In this document: piece after piece, positions 38,115 through 47,856 of the stretch
Layout: the number at the start of each line of letters is the position of its first letter
Position numbering within the stretch: position 1 is the stretch's first letter
Origin: a virus
Lineage: Duplodnaviria; Caudoviricetes
Strand: one strand, 5' to 3'
Length of the DNA stretch: 64,000 nt
IMG/VR virus record: IMGVR_UViG_3300011339_001202
Location: 5,099 to 69,098 of that record
The notes under the pieces: generated by a model
Databases searched by the model: none
What the model was told of the DNA's origin: nothing
Seen by the model: the letters and a program-made list of their open reading frames with translations, nothing else
Made by a program: the position numbers and the translations under genes

Positions 38115-39869
38115 TTATTTTTTGCCTTTTGAAAATACATCCCCAGATCTTTGCCTTTTACCTTCGGCCAAAGCTTCAAATACTTTTTTCTGCGAAAGCT
38201 TGTCAGGGTAAAATAGCTCCATAGTAGATTCTGTAATGGTTCCGCCTAAAGGATCTTGTTTTGTTATTTCCGGAGAAGCAACAGTTCCAGTTGGTAAGAA
38301 GTAATCTGATTCTTCAAGATAATCTACTGGCTTTCCTTCTCTACTCTTTTTTGCTAAGAGCATATAATCTGGAACAAAATCTCCGGGGTACCAAGTTTTG
38401 CTTGGATCATTTAAATCTTGAACAGCTCTTTTAAACATAGGAAGTCCGCCTACAATTTTAGTAGCTGAACTTGCAGTAGAGCCCAGTCCAGAAACATAAG
38501 ACACGCTTTCTTTAGCACCCAAAGGAGAATATGCTCTTGCTTTTATTGCAAGCAAATCTTCTGGAGTTTGTTTGCTTAGGAATACAAATGGTTGATTATT
38601 AGATAGTGGGAAATCTTTTACAACTATTGTTTTACCAACACTCTGAACTGGATAGTCGTAATTTTCTGTTCTAACTTTTTCTTTATCAACAAATGGTTTT
38701 CCATTAACCAACCTCATCATTGGCTTTCCGTAAGCATCTAATTTTGGCTTTTCTATAGCAATATCTCTATTAACATTAAATGTCATAGCTCCTTCAGATG
38801 TTGGAGGTAAATTTTCTGCAGCCATTTTGCCCTTTGCTTCGGCCTCAGCTTTTGCTCTTGTACTTTCAAAATCTCTTCTTTGCTCAAGAGGTAAGCCAAT
38901 TGCAAATACTTTATCGGCGTATTTCTTAGCCGTATTTTCTTTTATAAAATCTAAGGCAGATTCTTTTTTATCCTCGGCCAGATTTTTATAGATATCGGTT
39001 TCTTTGGCTTTATTAACCGCTAATGCTTGCAATACTTCAACTTGTTCTCTTGCCTTTGGCAATTGGTCAATTGCTGACAAAGCTTTATTATAATTTAACT
39101 CTATCGGTTTGCCGGGAATAATTTTAAAAAGCTCACTGGAAATATTTGTATATCCAGTGCCTCCGGCTTTTTTTATATCTTCTGTTCTTGTTGCAAGATT
39201 TTTATTTATAACAGCAAATATCTTATTGTAATCATAACTTCTTGGGTCATAAACAGTTGCATCTCTAAGGATTTTATTAGCATCTGTTTGTAAAAACTGA
39301 TTATACTTTCCCATTATATACTTTTCCTGTTCGGCAGGATCGGTAATTTTTGAAAGTTCTTGCGGATTTATTGAAGGAAATCTTGAAATTATTTCTTGAG
39401 TTTTTTGAGGAGTCAAATCATAATATTCTTTATGTTCATCCAAAAAAGATTTAACTACTTTGTCTGTATTTCCAACAACAGGATTTAATGTTGCCAACAC
39501 ACTTGCCGCATCTGCCGCTTCTTGGTTAGCTCCTGTAATGTCATTTGCTGCAACCTTTTGATTATATCTGGCTCCTTTTATAGCGGAAATTCCTTGCATA
39601 AATTGATTACCAATAGCACCAAGGTTTTCTCCTATAACGCCCCCGGTTGCATATGGATTTAAGGCTGGCTGCTTTGGGGGTTTGGCTTGCTCTGCCTTTG
39701 CTGCGGCCAGCTTTAGCTTTAACATCTCCTGTGTTTTGTACAGGTTGTCCATCCTTCCACCGAGCCGGGCAAGGCTTTGAACTGTTGGCCTATTATCTAA
39801 TACAACTGCTGCCCCGGTTCCTTCCGCTCCCCGTGCAACCAGATCTTGTCCGCTTATAAAGTCTGCCAT
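38115..39869 (-). CDS. putative ejected virion protein (584 aa)
   Basis: Lys/Ala-rich; in the ejection-protein cluster. Confidence 0.5.
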   Translation of the reverse strand: MADFISGQDLVARGAEGTGAAVVLDNRPTVQSLARLGGRMDNLYKTQEMLKLKLAAAKAEQAKPPKQPALNPYATGGVIGENLGAIGNQFMQGISAIKGARYNQKVAANDITGANQEAADAASVLATLNPVVGNTDKVVKSFLDEHKEYYDLTPQKTQEIISRFPSINPQELSKITDPAEQEKYIMGKYNQFLQTDANKILRDATVYDPRSYDYNKIFAVINKNLATRTEDIKKAGGTGYTNISSELFKIIPGKPIELNYNKALSAIDQLPKAREQVEVLQALAVNKAKETDIYKNLAEDKKESALDFIKENTAKKYADKVFAIGLPLEQRRDFESTRAKAEAEAKGKMAAENLPPTSEGAMTFNVNRDIAIEKPKLDAYGKPMMRLVNGKPFVDKEKVRTENYDYPVQSVGKTIVVKDFPLSNNQPFVFLSKQTPEDLLAIKARAYSPLGAKESVSYVSGLGSTASSATKIVGGLPMFKRAVQDLNDPSKTWYPGDFVPDYMLLAKKSREGKPVDYLEESDYFLPTGTVASPEITKQDPLGGTITESTMELFYPDKLSQKKVFEALAEGKRQRSGDVFSKGKK

Positions 39870-39871
39870 AA

Positions 39872-40624
39872 TTAATATACTCCGTTACGATAACCTCTGG
39901 TACGATCCACAATTTTAACAATATCCTGCGTTTTCTTCCTATTCTTTTTACGCCACGCATACAGATACTGCTCGTTGTAATTCTTTAGATGAATCTGATA
40001 CCTCATCTCACCACGGTTTTCAAAGTACTTCATTTTAACATACTCCTTAAAAGCACCGATGAAATACGGGTGGATGCAGGAGGTGTTACTCGGCTCCAGA
40101 CAATTGCTCATGTATTTAAGAACAATGTTGTCAAAGGTAAATGTAGGAGAGAGAATCAACCTGCGATTCTCCCAGTCAATGTTAAAATCGCCATAGTCTC
40201 CTCCGTTTCCGTATGCCTGCACCTGACCCATTGGCCCCCATAAAGAAGTGCCAAGGCCCCAGAGGTTGCCCCAGTACCATATCCTATTCTCGGCCCGTGT
40301 AAGGAGCCCTGTCTGGTCTTTAAACTTATGGTCTGTAAGATGGCCATTGATTGCAAGGGCCTTTATGTACCGACCAATCTGAGTGCCCACTGTAATAACT
40401 TCGACAAAGTCATGAGGAAGTGAAACAGAATTATACCCAGTCTCCCTAAAATTATAATAAACTGTTTTTTGCTCATTGGCAATACCTGTCCGCCCATCTA
40501 TTCTAAGCTCTCGGACAAAGTCCATACCAAACGATTTAAATGCCAAGCTCTCATTTGAGGGGATGTTAAGCTCAAGCATAGCAACCTCGGCCAGCTCATC
40601 AACATTCTGTAGAATATTTGCCAT
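39872..40624 (-). CDS. tail ring / tubular protein
   Basis: 250 aa; LPHDFVEVITVG; one of three similar-sized genes at this position, as in crAss-like phages. Confidence 0.5.
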   Translation of the reverse strand: MANILQNVDELAEVAMLELNIPSNESLAFKSFGMDFVRELRIDGRTGIANEQKTVYYNFRETGYNSVSLPHDFVEVITVGTQIGRYIKALAINGHLTDHKFKDQTGLLTRAENRIWYWGNLWGLGTSLWGPMGQVQAYGNGGDYGDFNIDWENRRLILSPTFTFDNIVLKYMSNCLEPSNTSCIHPYFIGAFKEYVKMKYFENRGEMRYQIHLKNYNEQYLYAWRKKNRKKTQDIVKIVDRTRGYRNGVY

Positions 40625-41229
40625 TATGTATTAAAGTCTGGATTTTCGTTTGTTACCATGTCAGGCTTAACCCTGTATCTCATCTGCATAAGTGGTAGTA
40701 CCTTCTGGAATACCAGCATTGCGCTTGCCGAAGAGGCGGCTGCATCATTTGAAATAACAAGTGTAGCCAATATGTTTTGAAACTTAATTTGCTCTTGGCA
40801 TGCAGGAAGAATGACAATCTTTCCAGCAACCACGCCATAATAAAATTTGTTAGCAAAGGCCAATAGCGTTCCTCCCTTTAGCCCTGCATATCGCTCCCAC
40901 TGAATATGGTCAAGCTTCTTGCCCTGAGCCGTTACAGAAACTACGCCCCGGTTTTTTGGTAAAGTAATAAATTCTGGAGGCAGTTGAGCAACAAGATATC
41001 CGATATCCGGATCCATTGTTAATGGCAAAGGCAATACAGTTTGCCATGCCCCGTTTACAGCCTGAGATTGATTCTCTGCCTTGTAATTGGCATAGTAATC
41101 CTCAACAGCCACCTGAGCCAATGCTTGTCCTACAAGGGCCTCTACCTCTTCCCTATAAATACCTTCCACGGTGGGCCTGCCACCAGTGAACATAAGTATA
41201 AGTTGGTCTGCTAAATAAGGTATTGTCAT
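40624..41229 (-). CDS. tail ring / adaptor protein
   Basis: 201 aa; LPPEFITLPKNRGV. Confidence 0.45.
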   Translation of the reverse strand: MTIPYLADQLILMFTGGRPTVEGIYREEVEALVGQALAQVAVEDYYANYKAENQSQAVNGAWQTVLPLPLTMDPDIGYLVAQLPPEFITLPKNRGVVSVTAQGKKLDHIQWERYAGLKGGTLLAFANKFYYGVVAGKIVILPACQEQIKFQNILATLVISNDAAASSASAMLVFQKVLPLMQMRYRVKPDMVTNENPDFNT

Positions 41230-41933
41230 AGCTGTTTAAACTCTTGCTGTGTACCTGCCTGAACCAAGACTCCGTTTGACAAGTTGAAACCAAGACTGGC
41301 CACTGTCAAAAATAAAAGGTTGTTGAATTTTTCCGCAGTGAAATCCGTATCTACATATCCCGGAACAGTTACATCAACTACCGGAACCTCAGAAGTAGGG
41401 CTATCAATCACTTCAAAATTAACATCTCTTGGAAGTGTTAATACCCGAGCCCTTGCGTTGTTAAATGTAAATGGATACACCTCGTACCGAAGCAATCCAT
41501 TCATTCTCCCTAAAGGACGATCGGTGTCAATTTTTGCAGGAGGATATATTACAGAATTGTTCTTCATCATCAAATACTGATTATCAGGAACAATATTTAC
41601 AGGATAATAATCTCCTCCTTGAACATATTGAATTTCAAGAGATTGTACAATATCTGGCTCACGATTGTTATTAGTCGAAACCACAACCGGATTATTTGAG
41701 CCTAAACTATATTCAAAATACAACTCTCCAAGGGCATCTGCCGAAACCGTAGTCTCCTGAAAGTTTATTAAAGCCTTTGGTCTTGATGGGCCGTAGTCGG
41801 AAAGATCGCCCCTGTACTTTTTGTATAGCTGAATCTGAGCTACATTAATCGCATTTTTTATTTCTAATGCGGTTTTGTAATACCCACCAGCGTTCAAATA
41901 AGTGTATATCGTAGATACTAATTTAGGAAGCAT
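41226..41933 (-). CDS. head-tail adaptor / ring protein
   Basis: 235 aa; EIKNAINVAQIQLY N-terminus. Confidence 0.45.
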   Translation of the reverse strand: MLPKLVSTIYTYLNAGGYYKTALEIKNAINVAQIQLYKKYRGDLSDYGPSRPKALINFQETTVSADALGELYFEYSLGSNNPVVVSTNNNREPDIVQSLEIQYVQGGDYYPVNIVPDNQYLMMKNNSVIYPPAKIDTDRPLGRMNGLLRYEVYPFTFNNARARVLTLPRDVNFEVIDSPTSEVPVVDVTVPGYVDTDFTAEKFNNLLFLTVASLGFNLSNGVLVQAGTQQEFKQL

Positions 41934-41998
41934 GGCCTTTGATTATCAATTACAAATTAACAGAAGTTTTACCACTTTTAAAAGAAGAATGCTTTGTT

Positions 41999-42006
41999 TA
42001 CTTTTG
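41999..42006 (+). promoter_or_regulatory. Bacteroidota -7 promoter box TACTTTTG
   Basis: exact TAnnTTTG about 19 nt upstream of ATG 42025. Confidence 0.5.
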
Positions 42007-42024
42007 GCACAAATATTAATTTAC

Positions 42025-42351
42025 ATGCAAAAGATACTTGTTGTTCTTGGCAGATTTGGGGACATATACATGACCCTGCGCCAAATGAAAGACCCATGTA
42101 TACTGGCATGCTATCCGGACTTTGCTCAAATTGTCACCGAGCTATTCCCCCAGCATTCAGTATATCAACTCCCTAAAACAGTAGACAAAGAAGGGGCTGT
42201 AAAACTTTGTAAAATGAAATTCCCCGATGCTATTGTTATGTCGGCACAGCAGCACGGGTGCAAGCTGGACGAGTATATAGAGTTTAGAAATTATCAATCC
42301 TATCAAGTTTTTTATGCAAACAAATTACAAGAAAGCAATCATATTTCTTGA
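42025..42351 (+). CDS. glycosyltransferase family 9-like N-terminal half
   Basis: MQKILVVLGRFGDIYMTL resembles the GT9 N-terminal ILV..GD motif. Confidence 0.5.
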   Translation: MQKILVVLGRFGDIYMTLRQMKDPCILACYPDFAQIVTELFPQHSVYQLPKTVDKEGAVKLCKMKFPDAIVMSAQQHGCKLDEYIEFRNYQSYQVFYANKLQESNHIS

Positions 42352-43345
42352 TGGCATCAACTGCAAAATAAAGACTCCCGAGGTTCTGGAGGCCATTACA
42401 TATTCCTTGAATTGCCTGAAAATTCCTTACGAAACATATAGGGAACACAAAAACGGATTTAAAGTGTTGAAAGAGGACATGAATCAAGACGGGGTTCTTT
42501 ACATCCTTAACGACAGCGCAGCATATCATTTGTGCGAGAAGCCAAACATTCTTATGACCAGATCTCCAATCTGGGTTCAAAGCACTGTAAAGCCTAACAC
42601 AATAGGCGTGTTTACAAGAGAGATGTTGCTTGGACATCAGGCAGAGTTTATTGCATGCATAGCCAGAAACACTCCTGTAGTGCAGCCTTCCGACATGATG
42701 GCCCCACACAATTACATTCTGGTTAATGATTACGAGACAGATGACCTCGATGCCGTTGCCAGAAATGGATTAGCAGCAATTAGCTGGAGGATTATGGTGG
42801 CAAAAGATATTCACGCAAAAGTGCTATTCCAGAAATCAGAGAAGCCCGGCCTGCCAAAGGTAAATGAAATATTGAAAGAAGGACTCGAGGTGATGGAGCA
42901 TCCGGATGATATTATCATGTTTATCAACCGAGACATTTGCATGGTTCCAGAGGCAACAAGTATCATCCGTAACTACATGGAGAACTACGGAATAGATGCC
43001 GTAAGCGCAAGGCGTGTCGATGTGGAGGAATACAAAATGCACACATTTGACGAGATTCAAAAAAAACCAGCCTTTGTGGGGATTGATCTATTTGCCTTCA
43101 AAAGAAATTCTCCAATTCTAAAACAAATTCTTCCTGTCGATCTTTACATTGGCAAGTACTTCTGGGACACTTATTGGAATGTGTTAATAAACCATGAGCT
43201 TCCGTACAACATTATCTATCATATTAATCATGATAGCGAATGGAAGGAGGACTTAGATAATAAGCACAATATTCATAACAAGCGAACAGTGCATGAGCAT
43301 CTTGCTCACATTCCGTTTAATTACAACAATAGCAAACGGATATAA
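42314..43345 (+). CDS. glycosyltransferase: GT9-like C-terminal half fused to a GT-A-like domain
   Basis: ILNDSAAYHLC (GT9 NDSG..HL-like); IIMFINRDI, SARRVD, GIDLFAF, IGKYFWD. Confidence 0.55.
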   Translation: MQTNYKKAIIFLDGINCKIKTPEVLEAITYSLNCLKIPYETYREHKNGFKVLKEDMNQDGVLYILNDSAAYHLCEKPNILMTRSPIWVQSTVKPNTIGVFTREMLLGHQAEFIACIARNTPVVQPSDMMAPHNYILVNDYETDDLDAVARNGLAAISWRIMVAKDIHAKVLFQKSEKPGLPKVNEILKEGLEVMEHPDDIIMFINRDICMVPEATSIIRNYMENYGIDAVSARRVDVEEYKMHTFDEIQKKPAFVGIDLFAFKRNSPILKQILPVDLYIGKYFWDTYWNVLINHELPYNIIYHINHDSEWKEDLDNKHNIHNKRTVHEHLAHIPFNYNNSKRI

Positions 43346-43351
43346 ATAGAA

Positions 43352-43378
43352 AGGGGGCATTTAGCCCCCTATTCTTTT
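43352..43378. terminator. bidirectional intrinsic terminator
   Basis: AGGGGGC-ATTTA-GCCCCCT hairpin, A-rich before and T-rich after, between convergent genes. Confidence 0.7.
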
Positions 43379-43393
43379 AACAAAACCGGATTT

Positions 43394-43651
43394 TTAGCCA
43401 ATTGTTGAAGCAGAAGCTCCAGCGGCGATGCTTGCTACGGCGTTGTTCACATATACATGGCCTATAGCTCCAGAAGGAAGCGCATAGTCAAATGTAGATT
43501 GAATCAACGAACCAGCAGAAGAAGCAAGTGTTGGCCAAACGATAGCGTTTGTGTCATAATACATATCCACAGTGGAAGCAACAGAGGCTGCATTCACGAT
43601 GGCAGAACCGCTTGTGGCGGCGATGCGAGTTTTAAGCTTTAAAATAGCCAT
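43394..43651 (-). CDS. small Ala/Ser-rich hypothetical protein
   Basis: 85 aa; TATATTTG box upstream. Confidence 0.5.
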   Translation of the reverse strand: MAILKLKTRIAATSGSAIVNAASVASTVDMYYDTNAIVWPTLASSAGSLIQSTFDYALPSGAIGHVYVNNAVASIAAGASASTIG

Positions 43652-43699
43652 GGTCTACGAGTAGTTTTAATTTTTTTGCAAAAGGAAATATTTCCGGTA

Positions 43700-43707
43700 C
43701 AAATATA
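43700..43707 (-). promoter_or_regulatory. Bacteroidota -7 promoter box TATATTTG with adjacent palindrome GGAAATATTTCC (43684-43695)
   Basis: exact TAnnTTTG plus a perfect 12-bp palindrome. Confidence 0.5.
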
Positions 43708-43720
43708 AAACTTTTTGATT

Positions 43721-45979
43721 TTATCCAAGGCTCGAAATTGACCTTCCGTAATTTCTTACTATATAGCCCTTTGGGAAAAAGCGTTTTGCCCTGCTCTTGT
43801 TTTGCATCACATATAACATAGGGTTCCCGTAATCATTCATGTTAAACTCGGCAATGCTCATGATGAGCTGGCTCATAGTGGAGTCATACTGAGTACGGTC
43901 TGCAATATTGAAATTCATATTGTCTTGAATGCTTTCCAAGAACGGGTAACGCTTAGGCTGCTCCCAGATGTCATATGTAAACTCACGCAGATAGATGCCT
44001 GTGCCACGAAGAAAGTCGTTGTGGTAGCTACTTCCCAATCTGGGAACATCATTGCCCCCGGCCTCGCTTCCTGTAAAGATACCAATGGTCTCCATCTCGT
44101 TATTGTTTGGGTTCTCCAGATTCAATATCTGGGCCTCTGACATAAGGAATCCTCCCATGTTTCTTTGAATAAAATGGTTCTTGAGGTTTTCTGATGTGTT
44201 ATTTTCAATAGCAATTGGCATTGAATAATAATGTGCAGCCATCAAGAGTTGGTCAAGATCGTAGCCCATGTCCGTGCTTCTGTACACATATCGCAGGAAT
44301 ACGCTTGGAGTAGGCCAGTATCCCGGCATATCAACTTTGTACTTCTCACGATAGGTTAGGTTTAGCTTCTCGTAATCGTAATTGAAGAAAAGCTTTGCAT
44401 GCACGGCCATCTTTGAGCCCTTGCTCTTGACATTGGCCTTGTTGTACGGATCGACACCAAACACCCCGAGCTTATTGTTTGAGGGATATCTAATGCCACG
44501 GATAATCTTTACCCTGTTTATTGTTTCGGGCTGCGGCTCCCATGTCCTCTCAATCGGCCCGTTCCTATCGTCTCTCCAAGCCACCTGTGTGCGAGTCTTT
44601 ATATCGAGCCAGTAGAAGTACCCACGCCTAACATGCTGCTGCACCTCGGGCGTGTCTGCCATCATCTTTAAGTTCTGCAGGATGGTGGTGTCAAAGGGAC
44701 AGTTCTGGTTCAAACTGGAGAAAGCCTCAGAGGGGCTGAACGGGTTCTGCCTCTTCAGCTCCCAATACGCAGACTCGTCTCCGGTCTCCAGACATTGTGC
44801 AGCCTCACGCTCCAAGAATTCTCTGGCCCCTATTCTCTCCGAGTCCCTTGGGTTTTCCTTTTGCATGTAGGCCCATTGCTCATCGTCTGGATGGTCTATA
44901 ATAGATTCGCCATACGGCCCGATCCAGCCGGGCAATCCATCATAGGCCGGAATAAATAATTGTTGGAGCTTAGAGAATGTTGTTGGATACTTGCCATCCT
45001 TTTTGGTGGCCATGTCTGAGTTATCCCACAGTTTTTTGAATTCCTTTCCTCCCTCCTCGATTTCCTCGGTGGTGGTGGGGAATACAGAGAAGCCAATTCG
45101 CTTACCCTTTGACATTAGTGTCTTCTGCTGCTTGAGCCACCAGCTCCACACATCAACATTTGTCCACTTACCAGATTCATCGGGAAATAGAAAGTTGACA
45201 CGCTTACCATCAAAGCCTCTTCTGGTCAGGGCACGAAGCCTAACACGGCCTCCCTTTCCTGCCTCTGCCGTGGTGACAGTTCCGGCACTCGCCTCCTTTC
45301 TGCGGAGGGTGAGGTCTGTCTTATTGAGCGTGTATATAGGAAGAAGCCAATCTGGCAAACGCTTTATAGGGTCTGCAAGAAACTCGTCAAAGTTTTCCTC
45401 GGACAATCTTAAATCAGATGCGGACAAGCCGACAAATTGATCGCTGGCCCGACTTACAAACCAGAATGCCATAAGGTGCATCCACATGGTGGCCCCGTCT
45501 CGGCGGCCCTTCAGGTAGATTACCCCGAGCTCCTTTTGGTGCTGGAAGACATTCCACATGTATGTGAGGATGCGCCTCTGCCTGTCCCTGTATTCAAGGT
45601 GTCCTGTGGCCGTCTCAGAGGCCGGGAACCAGTAGTTGAGACCAAAGTATACCCAAGGCGGAAGCCATGTCAGGTGGCCTCGTATGAAGCACCAGTGACC
45701 ATCGTAGTATATCTTCTGAAACTCCTTCATGGCCCACTCTTTCTGCAGGTCAGTCCAGTCTACTATTGGCAGGTCGTTTCCCTTCTCGTCCTTCTTGTAA
45801 CGCCTCTCCATCATGAAGGCAGGCATCGTGGTTCTCTTGAACTTTGATTCATTGTCCCCATACCCATCAATATCCTCCAAGTTCTTTGGAATAGGCGGAG
45901 TGATGCAGTCCAGATTCCAGATGCGCTCTACAATCCGGTTGTCCTCTATCTTTTGGCTGTCTGTAAGCTTGAGCTTCAT
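43721..45979 (-). CDS. terL: terminase large subunit
   Basis: Walker A YLKGRRDGAT, Walker B FLFPDESGKW, nuclease GVDPY; 752 aa. Confidence 0.88.
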   Translation of the reverse strand: MKLKLTDSQKIEDNRIVERIWNLDCITPPIPKNLEDIDGYGDNESKFKRTTMPAFMMERRYKKDEKGNDLPIVDWTDLQKEWAMKEFQKIYYDGHWCFIRGHLTWLPPWVYFGLNYWFPASETATGHLEYRDRQRRILTYMWNVFQHQKELGVIYLKGRRDGATMWMHLMAFWFVSRASDQFVGLSASDLRLSEENFDEFLADPIKRLPDWLLPIYTLNKTDLTLRRKEASAGTVTTAEAGKGGRVRLRALTRRGFDGKRVNFLFPDESGKWTNVDVWSWWLKQQKTLMSKGKRIGFSVFPTTTEEIEEGGKEFKKLWDNSDMATKKDGKYPTTFSKLQQLFIPAYDGLPGWIGPYGESIIDHPDDEQWAYMQKENPRDSERIGAREFLEREAAQCLETGDESAYWELKRQNPFSPSEAFSSLNQNCPFDTTILQNLKMMADTPEVQQHVRRGYFYWLDIKTRTQVAWRDDRNGPIERTWEPQPETINRVKIIRGIRYPSNNKLGVFGVDPYNKANVKSKGSKMAVHAKLFFNYDYEKLNLTYREKYKVDMPGYWPTPSVFLRYVYRSTDMGYDLDQLLMAAHYYSMPIAIENNTSENLKNHFIQRNMGGFLMSEAQILNLENPNNNEMETIGIFTGSEAGGNDVPRLGSSYHNDFLRGTGIYLREFTYDIWEQPKRYPFLESIQDNMNFNIADRTQYDSTMSQLIMSIAEFNMNDYGNPMLYVMQNKSRAKRFFPKGYIVRNYGRSISSLG

Positions 45980-45982
45980 GCG

Positions 45983-46423
45983 CTATTCTTCTAAATATTT
46001 CTTAACCACATTCTTTATTCCCTTGTCGTAGCGAGACATTTCCTCAAAGGCCCTGTCAATGGCGGCCGACACTTGTATTGTCTTTTGCTCTCCTGCATTT
46101 TTTATCTGGGCCGTTATCTTTGACAACACTTCCAGCTTTTCGACAAGTTTCTTTTTATGGAAACTGGCCAGCCATTGTCTGTCTCTCTTTTTGCTGTAGG
46201 GGAATAGCCTTAGGCCATGTGAATATAAGGTGTTTCCCTCAATAAAAAAGTTCTGGTGAGTGCGGAAAAAAGACTTCTGTTTCTTTTTGTCAGCCACCAC
46301 TGTTAATTTAAATCCCTTTTGTTCAGGCAGCTCCTTGACCAAATACTTAACCATAATCTTTACCCCTACACCAAAAATGTATTGGTTATCTGTTAAGTAA
46401 ACTTTTCTCTTTTTTGTAAGCAT
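45983..46423 (-). CDS. hypothetical basic protein
   Basis: 146 aa directly upstream of TerL. Confidence 0.5.
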   Translation of the reverse strand: MLTKKRKVYLTDNQYIFGVGVKIMVKYLVKELPEQKGFKLTVVADKKKQKSFFRTHQNFFIEGNTLYSHGLRLFPYSKKRDRQWLASFHKKKLVEKLEVLSKITAQIKNAGEQKTIQVSAAIDRAFEEMSRYDKGIKNVVKKYLEE

Positions 46424-46650
46424 AGGACAATAAACCCCCTTTCATCTTGCTCAATTACTTGATAATCACCCTTATACACCCTGTGTATGTATGCCCTTGG
46501 AGACTTGCTACACTCTGCCCTCCAGTTGTAAATGCTGATTCTGGTGATTTGTCCCGGAGAGAGCTTGTCCAGTTTCTTCTTGTAGAACGGAGTTGTCTTC
46601 CTTCTGGGCCTCTTGGCAGGGTTAATTACAACCAAAGGAATTTTATTCAT
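46393..46650 (-). CDS. hypothetical basic protein
   Basis: 85 aa coupled ORF. Confidence 0.45.
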   Translation of the reverse strand: MNKIPLVVINPAKRPRRKTTPFYKKKLDKLSPGQITRISIYNWRAECSKSPRAYIHRVYKGDYQVIEQDERGFIVLCLQKREKFT

Positions 46651-47176
46651 TTACTCTTCCCCCGATTAGTTGATCGTGCAGGCTGGCCCCCTCGTATTTC
46701 GACTTCTGCTTGCCCACATTCCTTGCCATTTGATCTCTGGCCTCTACATTACCCTTGAACAAATCAGACTCTCTGCGCTCGATTTCCAGCTCAATAGCGG
46801 CAAGCTTCATGGCATTCTCGAGCTTAGCCTTATACGAGGTGTTCTCGTTGGCCGCACCCTCCTCCTCGCCCTCTCTCTCACGAAGAGAGTTACAGACATT
46901 GTGCTTCATCACCACCATACTCCAGTAGGTTTCGTATTTAGAATTGGCCCTGAAGTATTCGGCACTTACCGAGCTTAGCTGTTCATCGGACGGCCTAAAG
47001 CCAGTCCTCCTCACGGCTTCCTCCATTCTGGCCAGCCAGCTTATTGTCTGAGGAATCGTGTTGCCGTATATCAGCTCTACGAATTGCCTTGCCTTCTCCT
47101 GCTCTGACAGAACGGCTTTGCTGGTTTCGCCATTCTCTGATGAGCTCTTTTGTTTCTTCATATGTTTCTCTATCAA
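46643..47176 (-). CDS. hypothetical helical protein (terminase small subunit candidate)
   Basis: 177 aa, helical, near TerL; function inferred from position only. Confidence 0.4.
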   Translation of the reverse strand: MIEKHMKKQKSSSENGETSKAVLSEQEKARQFVELIYGNTIPQTISWLARMEEAVRRTGFRPSDEQLSSVSAEYFRANSKYETYWSMVVMKHNVCNSLREREGEEEGAANENTSYKAKLENAMKLAAIELEIERRESDLFKGNVEARDQMARNVGKQKSKYEGASLHDQLIGGRVNE

Positions 47177-47456
47177 TTTCTCCTTTGCCTGCTCCCTTGC
47201 AAAAACTATGCAGGAGCTTTACCATTAGAGGAAGTGTCCCAATCAGGAAGCTGTCGCTCTTCTCTGTAATGCCAGTGGCTACAAGGTAATTACTGTCCCC
47301 GACATAAATTTCGTAGCAGCCAATGCGTTTATTAAAGACTCGTCTCCAAACCTTTTTGAATTCCTGTACAGAATCACGCCCCTCTGTCCATTCATCTCTG
47401 CTGTACGAATGTGAACACGGGCCCTTATTCTCCTGAATTTTCTGAGGATTTTCCAC
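46995..47456 (-). CDS. hypothetical protein overlapping both neighbours
   Basis: central EKSDSFLIGTLPLMVKLL resembles the DAxLIAAAP family motif. Confidence 0.4.
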   Translation of the reverse strand: MENPQKIQENKGPCSHSYSRDEWTEGRDSVQEFKKVWRRVFNKRIGCYEIYVGDSNYLVATGITEKSDSFLIGTLPLMVKLLHSFCKGAGKGEIDRETYEETKELIREWRNQQSRSVRAGEGKAIRRADIRQHDSSDNKLAGQNGGSREEDWL

Positions 47457-47617
47457 GATCTCTCCACGAGGTTAGTATTAGTGTCAGGATAAAACTGCCA
47501 CCCATTATGCAAATAGCAACTGATGTCATTGTAGAAAGGAAGCCTACCACTTTTGTATTGTCCAACCCTAAGAAAATGTTCAACATTTAGGCCAGCTTTT
47601 GATTTATGCGTTTCCAT
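47279..47617 (-). CDS. hypothetical protein
   Basis: 112 aa ORF. Confidence 0.4.
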   Translation of the reverse strand: METHKSKAGLNVEHFLRVGQYKSGRLPFYNDISCYLHNGWQFYPDTNTNLVERSWKILRKFRRIRARVHIRTAEMNGQRGVILYRNSKRFGDESLINALAATKFMSGTVITL

Positions 47618-47856
47618 ATAATGACATGAGTTTCGTAAATGTCAAACACAAAGCCCGGCTTCACACCATTCTGCTTCCTCCATCTGGAGAAACTACTCTT
47701 AATACTGTTATATATCTGTTGTGTTGGCTCGCAATTAATAACAATGCAGCTTGTTTTCGGGTTCAAAAAAGAGTTAAAGTCGTACAAACACGGCCTCCCT
47801 TTTCTTCCATATAGCTCGACATGCTTCAGCGGCCCCCTCATTATCTGCTTACCCAT
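47587..47856 (-). CDS. small basic protein, possibly related to 625..852
   Basis: GRKGRPCLYDF...VIIWKR pattern. Confidence 0.45.
   Translation of the reverse strand: MGKQIMRGPLKHVELYGRKGRPCLYDFNSFLNPKTSCIVINCEPTQQIYNSIKSSFSRWRKQNGVKPGFVFDIYETHVIIWKRINQKLA

Noticed and set aside
2918-38211. Many + strand ORFs opposite the structural genes (e.g. 36653..37429, 18453..19124, 3842..4291)
   Set aside because: Antisense shadows of long - strand genes, with no motifs or initiation context.
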